From: a virus
Lineage: Duplodnaviria > Caudoviricetes
Length of the DNA: 64,000 nt
Strand: one strand, 5' to 3'
Virus record (IMG/VR): IMGVR_UViG_3300036783_000180
Location: 1-64,000 of that record
The notes under the pieces were generated by a model, which did no database searches, was not told the DNA's origin, and saw nothing but the letters and a program-made list of their open reading frames with translations. The translations under genes and the position numbers were made by a program. Positions 38,098-46,922 of the stretch are shown piece by piece; the stretch's first letter is position 1; each line of letters begins with the position of its first letter.

Positions 38098-39076
38098 CAT
38101 CGTAGTATCACAACCGCAAGATGATTTTAATCACAGATTTTTTAAGGATGGTAGTGGCTTAGCGAATCCTCGTTCCAAAGAAGTTGCTTACAAATCAAAC
38201 GAAGAATTAGATGCTGAATACAAAGTAAACTTCGATAGCAAAATGAATAACTTCTTCGGCATTGAAGGTGGAATAGCAGAACTAACAAAGATGAGTATTC
38301 CGTCCATTAATTTAGCTCAAGAAGAAGTAAAGCATAAGCAATTAAAGGTAGAGAACTTAGAAGTAACGAAAGACAAATACAACGAAGATCGTTATGCTAT
38401 GGAAACCTTAACGTTCGATAAGGAATATGTTAAGCGTAAGCAAGAAGAAGAAAAAGAGAAAATTAGAAACGGCGAATCTATTTCTCGTTCTACAGATTAT
38501 GTAGTAGAAGATAAACCAGCTTATGCCGATGGTTCCCCTTGGAACAAAGATGAACCAGAATCAAGAGGTCGTGGTTACTTCGGTCAGAAAGAGAAAGGAG
38601 TAAACAAAGAAACAGTTTACTTCTCAGATAGAAACTCTTCTAATCGCGATACAAAACGTGGTGGCTATAACACGACAGATGATAAAGGAACACCTAGACG
38701 CGAAAGGAAAGTTGATTCAGTGTATGACCATATGGGGCGCATCGCACAAAGCACACAAGATACAGCAATGAAAACAAAACCTTGGAAGCATTACGCAAAA
38801 GAGGAATCTAATAAATCTGGTTGGAATTCTAGAAATGAAAAGAGATCGTTATTAGGTCGAGTTAAAGCATTTATGAGAAAGCCAAAATTCCGTATCACAG
38901 CAAAAGTCGGTATGCTGATGTCATTACAATTAGGAATGGCTATGGTCGGAAAGAAATATGAGTTCGAAGGAATGGGCCAAGCAGCAATGTTCCTTGCAAT
39001 GATGATGGGTGTATTCTACCTGACTAAAGAACTTCAGAATGAAGACTTCGACATCCGAGGTTTAGGTATTTTATAG
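38090..39076 (+). CDS. Membrane-anchored hypothetical protein
   Basis: 328 aa, hydrophilic body, two C-terminal hydrophobic segments. Confidence 0.65.
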   Translation: MSNIVVSQPQDDFNHRFFKDGSGLANPRSKEVAYKSNEELDAEYKVNFDSKMNNFFGIEGGIAELTKMSIPSINLAQEEVKHKQLKVENLEVTKDKYNEDRYAMETLTFDKEYVKRKQEEEKEKIRNGESISRSTDYVVEDKPAYADGSPWNKDEPESRGRGYFGQKEKGVNKETVYFSDRNSSNRDTKRGGYNTTDDKGTPRRERKVDSVYDHMGRIAQSTQDTAMKTKPWKHYAKEESNKSGWNSRNEKRSLLGRVKAFMRKPKFRITAKVGMLMSLQLGMAMVGKKYEFEGMGQAAMFLAMMMGVFYLTKELQNEDFDIRGLGIL

Positions 39077-39077
39077 G

Positions 39078-39107
39078 TTGCACTTCCTTGTCTTTCTATA
39101 GTATAAT
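39078..39107 (+). promoter_or_regulatory. SigmaA-like promoter
   Basis: TTGCAC-N18-TATAAT. Confidence 0.6.
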
Positions 39108-39136
39108 AGCCCCATAAGGCAAGGAGGTCATTGAAC

Positions 39137-39280
39137 ATGAAGGAACAATTTAAACAGGCAGCTAAAGAAATAGGAATCCAAATTGTAGTGTTAGCATGTA
39201 GCAAGGTGATTGAAATCATCAGTAGCGCACCTGTTAACGCACCGACAAAAGAATTACCAAGCGCTACACAAAGCAAGTAA
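39137..39280 (+). CDS. Unannotated 47-aa small protein
   Basis: AAGGAGGT RBS. Translation MKEQFKQAAKEIGIQIVVLACSKVIEIISSAPVNAPTKELPSATQSK*. Below the ORF-track size cutoff. Confidence 0.65.
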   Translation: MKEQFKQAAKEIGIQIVVLACSKVIEIISSAPVNAPTKELPSATQSK

Positions 39281-39312
39281 TATTAATTATATAAACAATA
39301 TTTCATTTACAT

Positions 39313-39356
39313 AGAAGATTGTGGGTTCCCTTAGGGGAGCTCGCAATCTTCATTTT
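39313..39356 (+). terminator. Stem-loop plus T-tract
   Basis: GAAGATTGTGGGTTCCC-TTAG-GGGAGCTCGCAATCTTC then ATTTT. Confidence 0.55.
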
Positions 39357-39374
39357 ATATCGAGGTGATAACAC

Positions 39375-41372
39375 ATGAAGTTGGATATAAGAAGTAATGA
39401 ACTTGTCTTTACTTATATAGAGAGCAACAAAGTACCTCTAGTACTAGCTGCTTTAGAACGAGACAAGTCTATACGCTATCGTAATGTAAAAGGAACTATA
39501 CATGTACCACTTAGATATTTCGATAAAGCGCGTAGTGTACTGCGTGAATTTAGAAATGATATCAGCTATACGTTACGGTATGAAAAGTTTGCTCATTTGT
39601 TCGTAACGAACAACAATACAATCACAATAGATTGGTATCCTTGTGAATCGTATATAACAGGGAAAATTCCGTTCGATTTAATCATTCCAAACACATCTTA
39701 CTTTAACAAAGGCGCACACAATAACGAGTCGTACAAAAAGGGGCGTTGGGACGGACTTGTACATCTATTTGATACAATGACAGGTAAGTTTCCTTCGGGA
39801 CTCATAGAGCGGATTGTGAAGGGTTTAAATGAACGTGGTTTACAATACAGAGTGAATCGCATGTTTGATTACCCTACTCCTGACTTAGATATGAATCCTA
39901 AGTTTACATTCACACCGATGGAAGACCAAGTGAAAGCGGTAGACTCGCTAGACAAAAGCAACACAGGAATCGCAAAGTGTCCTACAGGATTCGGGAAAAC
40001 ATCTTACGTAGCGGCTGAATTAATTAGTCGAAAAGGAGTACGTTCTTTATTCTTAGCGAACCAACGCATCCTTATTAACGATGCTAAGAAAGACTTTTTA
40101 GCAGTCTTCTCTGATTCAAATGTGAAAATCGGAGTGATCGGCGACGGCGAATTTAATCCAGGAGATATTACAGTAGCTTCTATTCAAGGTATAGTAGCCG
40201 CACTAACTCCACCTTCACCTTTAGAGCGAACAAAAATTGAAACAGAATTGAAGTACGCTGAAGCGAAAGGCGATCCGAAAGAAATCAAAAAGTTCAAAAC
40301 GAAATTAACTAGATATGACAATCGAGTAGAACGTCATAAGTTAATCGTGCCATTCTTAAAAACCGTTAAATTATTTATAGTGGATGAAGGACAGGTATTA
40401 GGAACCGATATGTGGAACAAGTTTTTAACAGCTTGTCCAGCTCCATATCGTTATACTTTATCAGCTACACCTATTCGTACCGACGGTGGCGAAATATCCA
40501 TTATAGGCGCAACCGGAGAACGAAGATTCGAGTCATCAGCAGATGAACAAATACAAAAAGGTAGGCTATCGGAGTTCAGAAGTTACTTTCGTAAATTTGA
40601 CCACAAGGTATCGAAAGATATACAGAAAACATTAACGATGGATTACCACCAAGCGTACAATATGTTCATCGTTGAAAATAGGCCTAGAAACGAACACCTT
40701 TGCAACGTTGTAATTGATTTAATAAAAGAAGGTTATAGTGTATTAGCACTTGTGACAAGAAAAGCACACGCTGCCATCATACAAGAAATGCTGATAGAAA
40801 AAGGAATATCCGAAGATAAATTCTTCTACGTGGACGGAGACACCGCTAAGAAGAAACGAGAAACAAAGATAGATGAATTTCGAGCAAGTAAGTTCCCTGT
40901 ATTAATTGGAACATCCGTTTTCGATGTAGGTTTTAATGCTAAGAACGCTTCTAAAATTGTTCGCTTTAATGGTGGAGGTTCAGAGGTTAGAGAGCCACAA
41001 CGTGCAGGTCGTACCGTTCGTAAACGTGATGACAATAGTATCGGAGAAAGTTACGACTTACTTGATATTAACGTTCCTTTCTTCGAGAACCAAGCGCATA
41101 AACGAATCAAAATTCTAAAAGAAGAATTCGGTCATCATCGTGTACAAGTTTTACCGGATATGCCGATTGAAGGTGAATTCGATGTTGTTCGTCTCCAAGA
41201 GTTTGCGATGCGAGTTCAAGAGACAGACGAAGCTAGAGGCAAGGAAATCCTAGAGCAGTTAACGTTTGTGGGCACAGACATAGAAGCGCCAACCGAATTC
41301 GAAAACTTAAAAGACGAGTTCAAAGATAGAAATTTAGAAAGTTTATTTGCAGAATTAGAATTTAAAGAATAG
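39375..41372 (+). CDS. Superfamily 2 helicase (UvsW/XPB-like)
   Basis: Motif I CPTGFGKT, motif II IVDEGQ, motif III SATP, motif V GTSVFDVGFNA, motif VI QRAGRTVR. Confidence 0.88.
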   Translation: MKLDIRSNELVFTYIESNKVPLVLAALERDKSIRYRNVKGTIHVPLRYFDKARSVLREFRNDISYTLRYEKFAHLFVTNNNTITIDWYPCESYITGKIPFDLIIPNTSYFNKGAHNNESYKKGRWDGLVHLFDTMTGKFPSGLIERIVKGLNERGLQYRVNRMFDYPTPDLDMNPKFTFTPMEDQVKAVDSLDKSNTGIAKCPTGFGKTSYVAAELISRKGVRSLFLANQRILINDAKKDFLAVFSDSNVKIGVIGDGEFNPGDITVASIQGIVAALTPPSPLERTKIETELKYAEAKGDPKEIKKFKTKLTRYDNRVERHKLIVPFLKTVKLFIVDEGQVLGTDMWNKFLTACPAPYRYTLSATPIRTDGGEISIIGATGERRFESSADEQIQKGRLSEFRSYFRKFDHKVSKDIQKTLTMDYHQAYNMFIVENRPRNEHLCNVVIDLIKEGYSVLALVTRKAHAAIIQEMLIEKGISEDKFFYVDGDTAKKKRETKIDEFRASKFPVLIGTSVFDVGFNAKNASKIVRFNGGGSEVREPQRAGRTVRKRDDNSIGESYDLLDINVPFFENQAHKRIKILKEEFGHHRVQVLPDMPIEGEFDVVRLQEFAMRVQETDEARGKEILEQLTFVGTDIEAPTEFENLKDEFKDRNLESLFAELEFKE

Positions 41373-41383
41373 GAGAAAATATC

Positions 41384-41836
41384 ATGAAGAATACAAAAAT
41401 CATATCAGGGTTCCCCGGAGTGGGGAAAAGCTTCGCCACTAATAATACAAGTGGCGAACTAATCATTTTAGATTCAGACAGCAGCAACTTTTCTTGGATT
41501 GCACCTGGAGAAAGACATCCGTTATTCCCTCAAAATTACATGCAACACATTGAAGAAAACTTAGGGAAAGTGGATTACATCTTTGTTTCTTCTCACGATA
41601 ATGTGCGAGAAGCTTTAGCTGATAGAGGAATAGAGTATACATTGGTATATCCAGCAGCAGGTTTAAAAGAGGAATACATTGAACGATACCGCAAAAGAGG
41701 GAACCCACCTGCATTTATTAATTTTATTGACGGAAAGTGGGATGATTTTATCGCTAACATCGAACAAGAGACATTCCCTAAATTAGTTGAATTAACAAAT
41801 GGAGAATACCTCGCTGACGTTTTAGATAAGATATAA
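41384..41836 (+). CDS. P-loop nucleotide kinase-like protein
   Basis: IISGFPGVGKS, LDSD, and the lid-like RYRKRG. Confidence 0.7.
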   Translation: MKNTKIISGFPGVGKSFATNNTSGELIILDSDSSNFSWIAPGERHPLFPQNYMQHIEENLGKVDYIFVSSHDNVREALADRGIEYTLVYPAAGLKEEYIERYRKRGNPPAFINFIDGKWDDFIANIEQETFPKLVELTNGEYLADVLDKI

Positions 41837-41862
41837 AAAAGAGTGCCATATGGCACTCTTTT
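41837..41862. terminator. Bidirectional terminator at convergence of early and tail blocks
   Basis: Perfect palindrome AAAAGAGTGCCAT|ATGGCACTCTTTT. Confidence 0.8.
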
Positions 41863-42130
41863 ACTTTTTGCTTGTAGTTTGCTTAATGACTTGATGACCA
41901 AGTACAGAAGCTCCTGAAACTAATACACCCTGAATGATAGCTTGTACACTGAATCCCATTAAACCAATAGAACCAGCGATACCTAAACCAATTAAGATCC
42001 AAGGGATTACCCAATCAGCAACTTTATTAGATTGCTTCAAGAAATACCCAATGATCCATAATACAGGAATTAAAACTAAAGCATCTTCTAAAATAAATGA
42101 TGATGCTAATTCCATCATATTTGTATCCAT
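41861..42130 (-). CDS. Holin
   Basis: 89 aa, three hydrophobic segments (VLIPVLWIIGYFLK; WVIPWILIGLGI; AIIQGVLVSGASV), basic C-terminus, at the end of the tail block. Confidence 0.8.
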   Translation of the reverse strand: MDTNMMELASSFILEDALVLIPVLWIIGYFLKQSNKVADWVIPWILIGLGIAGSIGLMGFSVQAIIQGVLVSGASVLGHQVIKQTTSKK

Positions 42131-42188
42131 AAGAAAACCTCCTTTTCATGATTATATTTTCATTCTATCATAAAAAGGAGGTTGTGAA

Positions 42189-43070
42189 TTATTCTTTTTC
42201 TGTATGGATACCCGCTTGATCATTTACAGAAATATCAAACATCGTTCCGTCATTAGCTTGCATTTTAAACGATTCTTTTCCTGCTTCAGAAGTTCGCTCT
42301 GTTGTAATCGCCCCTTCGTCACTAACACCAAGATAATAGTTACCAACAGGAGAAGCAAGAACTCTTCTTCTCATATCTATACCCGAAGTATCTTCGATTT
42401 GACTTGTGACAATCTCACCTTTGTTATTGATTTCTACCAAGTAAGAAATGTCACTCGGTGATACAGCACCCCATGATTTCTGACTTACTACAGTTGACCA
42501 AAGAGCTCCATCTTCATCTACTGTAACTTCAAATGATAGAGTTTCATCACCAGCAGCTTTTAACACCCAAGGTCCGGTTTCAGATTGATATGTTTGGTCA
42601 GTCCAAATCCGTCCGTCATCATCAACTGATAACCCAAAGCGTTTTTGCTTCGGCGTCTTTAAAATGACAGTAAATGTAGAAGGTTCGAAACTAGTTGCAG
42701 AAGTACTTAAAACGCCGTTTTGGTCTATAAAAATTTCATAATTAATACCACTTGGAGAGCGTAAAATAAGTTTATCTTCGTAACTTTGTACAGCTCCGAT
42801 ATCTTCAGTTGTGACTTGTCCTCGGTCTGTAACACTTAACTCAAAGATTGTTCCGTTTTGAGAAATCAGAACAGGTTTACCATTTTGCATTCCACTCGGA
42901 TCTCGGAATTTACCATCAATATAAATTCGAGTTTGTGTTGTAGCAGGAGAATACCAGAACACTCCATCAGATACACCTTCGATTGGTTCGGTATTTGTTT
43001 TTATGATACGAACTCGACTGTTACTACCCAAGCCATGACTTCGTAGGATATCTTCAATACTAAAAGACAT
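42189..43070 (-). CDS. Tail-associated protein with seven ~33-aa beta repeats
   Basis: Repeat L.SP.G..(Y/F).L.V...G.l.T occurs seven times. Confidence 0.6.
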   Translation of the reverse strand: MSFSIEDILRSHGLGSNSRVRIIKTNTEPIEGVSDGVFWYSPATTQTRIYIDGKFRDPSGMQNGKPVLISQNGTIFELSVTDRGQVTTEDIGAVQSYEDKLILRSPSGINYEIFIDQNGVLSTSATSFEPSTFTVILKTPKQKRFGLSVDDDGRIWTDQTYQSETGPWVLKAAGDETLSFEVTVDEDGALWSTVVSQKSWGAVSPSDISYLVEINNKGEIVTSQIEDTSGIDMRRRVLASPVGNYYLGVSDEGAITTERTSEAGKESFKMQANDGTMFDISVNDQAGIHTEKE

Positions 43071-43072
43071 TT

Positions 43073-43786
43073 TTATTCAACTCCTTCCTGTTTGATACCT
43101 GCCGCTTTTTCTAATGCATCTACTTTTTCTTGTAATGTATTTACGATGTCCACTAAACTTTTCACCGTTTGTTTATCGGTAGCTGTCATAAAACCTGCTT
43201 TAGTAACAGTCGCGAATGCAGATCGGTGAACAGAACCACTCATTCTTATGTCACCCGCAAAATTTATGGTACCGTCAACTTCCAAGTTTCCACCAATACG
43301 TGTGTCACCAAGAACGCGTAATTCTTTCAGTCCATGTTGTTTAGGCTCCAGATGTTCGTCTAATAACATTCGGTTATTAGGAGGCACAACCACATATCCT
43401 AGTAAAGTGTGAGTTTCTTTTGGTTTCTCTACAGGTAATTCTTCTCTTTCAGCATTACCTGTTATAGAGATATAATCCACTACATCCGTACCGTGTATAT
43501 GAACTGCATATATCGCATCAATTCTATTATTGGTTGCATGATCATTAGGGTAGATATAGATAACCTCTTTCTTATCTTCATCTTCTATCGACACTCCTGT
43601 ATGCGTTATTAACAGGTTTTTTTCGTCTGTACCTTTTAGTAAACTGACATAACCACTCTTGTCAGTAAGTCCAAAACGATAACCTTTCATAATAGAACCA
43701 CCAAAGAAATCAGCAAAACGTTCGTTAAAATCTCGCGCTCGTAAGTCAGCTTTATAAGGGAAACTTACTTTTGCGGTTTGCATCAT
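43073..43786 (-). CDS. Baseplate/tail fibre-associated protein
   Basis: Paralogue of the next gene (N-terminal SI..G.R, NRIDAIY/DRVDAIY, TLLGYV/LLLGHV). Contains a KAGFMTATDK tail-fibre-type motif. Confidence 0.55.
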   Translation of the reverse strand: MMQTAKVSFPYKADLRARDFNERFADFFGGSIMKGYRFGLTDKSGYVSLLKGTDEKNLLITHTGVSIEDEDKKEVIYIYPNDHATNNRIDAIYAVHIHGTDVVDYISITGNAEREELPVEKPKETHTLLGYVVVPPNNRMLLDEHLEPKQHGLKELRVLGDTRIGGNLEVDGTINFAGDIRMSGSVHRSAFATVTKAGFMTATDKQTVKSLVDIVNTLQEKVDALEKAAGIKQEGVE

Positions 43787-44619
43787 ACCTCATCACCATC
43801 TTCTAAGTTGGAAAGCATTTTAGAGAAGACATTTCCGAACTCATCATATAGAAGTTGCCATTTGATATGCGTTTTAACTCGTTTACCTGTCGGATCATAA
43901 TACTTCGCTGATACGAATTGGTAACGTTTTTCTCCACCTACTGTATATTCAGGATTCAATAAACTTGTTTCGATATAAATAATGTTATCCGGAGTTGTGT
44001 ATGTGACATTTGTATAGACACCGATATCTTTATCGTAATCAGAACCGATGATATTTAATTTACCATCCATTGTACCACCCTGGAATGAAACCATTTCATT
44101 GAATACAACCGGGCCGTTAAATGTAGCAGAACCGTTAAACTGAGCATGACCAGCAACATTTAATTTACTGAATCCATAAGGAGTTGATTTTATATCTTCT
44201 TCTAAAATATAATCGGCTCTAGGGCGGATTTTAACATGACCTAAAAGTAAATGCGTATTAGGATTAGGGTTAGGTGGCGCTACATGTGTACCTGTGACAA
44301 CCACATATCTCGCTTCAGAACGTTCCCCGAAAATGTATTCCATGTAAATTGCATCTACACGATCTTTCGTGTTCCCTTTATTTGACGTAAGGAATAAAAC
44401 ATCAATCAAATCCCCTGTCTCTGTAACTTTAGCCCCAGAAGGAGTCACAGCGGAACTCGTATTAAACTTATCTCGCACCAAGTGTAGCGATAGTTTTTGT
44501 GAGCCTTTCTTCACTCTAAACCCTCGAATAATAGAAGGTCCAGTTATATCTAAGTAACGTTGGTTAATAACGTCAGATTCAGCTTTCGCCCTATACCGGA
44601 TGTCAATGATTTGTGTCAT
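43783..44619 (-). CDS. Baseplate/tail fibre-associated protein
   Basis: 278 aa. Beta-helix-like repeat AQFNGSATFNGPVVFN. Confidence 0.55.
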   Translation of the reverse strand: MTQIIDIRYRAKAESDVINQRYLDITGPSIIRGFRVKKGSQKLSLHLVRDKFNTSSAVTPSGAKVTETGDLIDVLFLTSNKGNTKDRVDAIYMEYIFGERSEARYVVVTGTHVAPPNPNPNTHLLLGHVKIRPRADYILEEDIKSTPYGFSKLNVAGHAQFNGSATFNGPVVFNEMVSFQGGTMDGKLNIIGSDYDKDIGVYTNVTYTTPDNIIYIETSLLNPEYTVGGEKRYQFVSAKYYDPTGKRVKTHIKWQLLYDEFGNVFSKMLSNLEDGDEV

Positions 44620-44636
44620 TATCCTTCACCTCTCCC

Positions 44637-45251
44637 TTACATAACTTCTTTAACAGGGAATGGTTCCTCTGTCGCTTGATTAAAGTTGAAGCGCCAAATA
44701 ATTTCAATTCCAGTACCTTTATCAACAGTCAAACGAACTGTTGGGAATGTAATGCGCGCAAACATGATTTTCTTTTTAGTTTCATCTTCTTCGAACATCA
44801 TAGCTGCTTCATTTACATCATCATTGATTTCGTCACAAATTAATGTTTCGCGGTACTCTAGTTCAGTTCTAGATAACTTTTTAGGTACTGATAATACCTT
44901 GTCTTTTAGGAAGATACCGATATCAATATCATTATCTTGTACAGGAATCGCATCTAGTGGATCACCCTTAGGAAACTTTAATGCGCCACCTTGTCCGTAA
45001 CGGATATATTTCAAATGCATTTTTTTTGCGCCGCTTAAAATATCTAACAACCCTTCTCGTCCTTGCATAACGATTAAGTTATTCTTTTTGAAGTCATCGA
45101 TGTATTGCTTCTCTCCATCCACCATTTTAAATTGACGGATACATACCGAACCTACTGCTCGGAAGCTTTCTTTTTTAGCCACTAGGGAACCTGCTCTCGC
45201 TCCGTCACCCATACCTAAAACTTCATTTTTATTAAATTCCATTTTTTGCAC
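44637..45251 (-). CDS. Baseplate/tail-fibre attachment protein
   Basis: NNLIVMQGRE...NEAAM...MFARITFP...IEIIWRFNF pattern typical of myovirus baseplate-fibre connectors. Confidence 0.55.
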   Translation of the reverse strand: MQKMEFNKNEVLGMGDGARAGSLVAKKESFRAVGSVCIRQFKMVDGEKQYIDDFKKNNLIVMQGREGLLDILSGAKKMHLKYIRYGQGGALKFPKGDPLDAIPVQDNDIDIGIFLKDKVLSVPKKLSRTELEYRETLICDEINDDVNEAAMMFEEDETKKKIMFARITFPTVRLTVDKGTGIEIIWRFNFNQATEEPFPVKEVM

Positions 45252-45286
45252 GCCCTTTCAATTTGTTATCTATTATCATGATACAC

Positions 45287-45323
45287 TTTTATCGGTGTCT
45301 TTGCATTATAGACACCGATAAAA
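45287..45323 (-). terminator. Hairpin terminator
   Basis: TTTTATCGGTGTCT...AGACACCGATAAAA. Confidence 0.6.
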
Positions 45324-45329
45324 GTTAAA

Positions 45330-46907
45330 TCAGAATAACATTTCTAATGTTTTCATACTATTAAAGGAACCATTAACTGTAGCTCGTAGTCTAACACCTA
45401 TTATATCATTAGGTATATCTTTTACGACTCCTTCAGAGCGTTCTTTTACTGAAATGTTTTGTATTTTACCGAGTAATACTTCTTCCTTTGTTTCAGTCCT
45501 AATGCCATACACTTCAATTTCTGTTGTACCGTCATTGTTAGAATCGAACGATATTTTGTAGTCGTTACCTGTTGCACGTTGTGCAGTAGCTTTTCTAGGG
45601 ATACGAGGAAATGCATGTTCAGTCACTTGTACAACTTCAGCAGGTTTGTCGATTTCTTGGTCAAATGTATAACCAGAGTCCATTTTGAAACCACCATCTG
45701 TATGAACAAATCGATTTCTATCATAGAAGAAGTTACGAGTGTAGTATCCATCTGTATCGTATTTATCTAAAAGAGAACTACCCATCCATAAATGTTCCGC
45801 CCGTCCAATAGTCACCTTACTGATTTTTGCGGTATCTAGATTACGAACTGTCTCCACTACAGGTATCACTTGTCTACCTTTCACACTAGTGCCGATTAAT
45901 AAAGGTTCACGAAGTGCCTTAATGAACGTAACTTTCCTCTTATCTTGGAATTTACCTCTTTCCAATACAGGGAGATGAATTATTTTTCCAGCTTTAAACA
46001 CTACAGGTATTGGATCATTCCGAACAATATCGAAGAATACATTATAATCTGTACCCGCTTGCTTTGCTTCGTCTAGTAAGAATAGCAACATATTTAATCG
46101 CATCTTATCTTTAATTAAATTTTCCGGAAGTGTAGCGATAAACTTAGAAGGAGATAGCCATAAATTATCGTAGTACTTTCTCTTAGCTGGAGACAACGAC
46201 TTAGAATACATATCTTGAATAGCGAAAGTTTCCCAACCGATTGCCTTACTAATACCTTCCGATATTTCTCTAATTGTTAGATTACTATTCAACGCATAAT
46301 CTAAGCCTTCCAAATAATCTCTATACTTATGTTTAGGGACTAAGGCACCTACTTGTACATCGTATTCAGTTCCCCAATTCTTCTCTAGCAAACGCTCGTC
46401 TATTTTAATATGCATAGCATGCAAATGAGTCCGAACTCGTTCATGCTGCATCATAAACTCAGGCATTAAGTATAGTCTATTATCTCGAATGAAATAATGT
46501 TCATATAACTTAAGTGGTTCTTTCGCTGTAAAAGTCGGTTTCAATACCATAGAAACGATTGTTGCGTTACGTAAATTCGGGTCATTGAACTCGAATGTTG
46601 TAAATCTACCTTGCCGATCTAACGTATTTACCACTTCTTCAAATTCTAACTCACGAAGCAAGAAAGCCTCGTGAGTTGAATAAACACAATCAGTAATTTC
46701 GATTTTTGCATATGGAAGAGTGTACAAAGTATGCGCAGTCGGCAAGTTAGTATTAGCCATCGTGTAGCGATATTCGTATTCTACATACTCTAGAATCTTC
46801 TTATAAATCCCTAACATTTCAGCCAATCTAGGATTCTCAGGCATGTATGTTTTATAGAAGGAAGACATTTGCCATAACGTATCGTCTACGTCGTATGGTT
46901 TCTTCAT
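45330..46907 (-). CDS. Baseplate wedge protein
   Basis: Follows baseplate J. Start 46907 (GAGGTG). KQAGTDY resembles the KPAH/T motif of wedge proteins. Confidence 0.5.
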   Translation of the reverse strand: MKKPYDVDDTLWQMSSFYKTYMPENPRLAEMLGIYKKILEYVEYEYRYTMANTNLPTAHTLYTLPYAKIEITDCVYSTHEAFLLRELEFEEVVNTLDRQGRFTTFEFNDPNLRNATIVSMVLKPTFTAKEPLKLYEHYFIRDNRLYLMPEFMMQHERVRTHLHAMHIKIDERLLEKNWGTEYDVQVGALVPKHKYRDYLEGLDYALNSNLTIREISEGISKAIGWETFAIQDMYSKSLSPAKRKYYDNLWLSPSKFIATLPENLIKDKMRLNMLLFLLDEAKQAGTDYNVFFDIVRNDPIPVVFKAGKIIHLPVLERGKFQDKRKVTFIKALREPLLIGTSVKGRQVIPVVETVRNLDTAKISKVTIGRAEHLWMGSSLLDKYDTDGYYTRNFFYDRNRFVHTDGGFKMDSGYTFDQEIDKPAEVVQVTEHAFPRIPRKATAQRATGNDYKISFDSNNDGTTEIEVYGIRTETKEEVLLGKIQNISVKERSEGVVKDIPNDIIGVRLRATVNGSFNSMKTLEMLF

Positions 46908-46922
46908 ACTACTCACCTCTTG

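Noticed and set aside
17879-41901. Minus-strand ORFs opposite the early block (e.g. 19724-20056, 22593-22958, 37695-38090, 39034-39276)
   Set aside because: Antisense shadows that overlap well-supported plus-strand genes.
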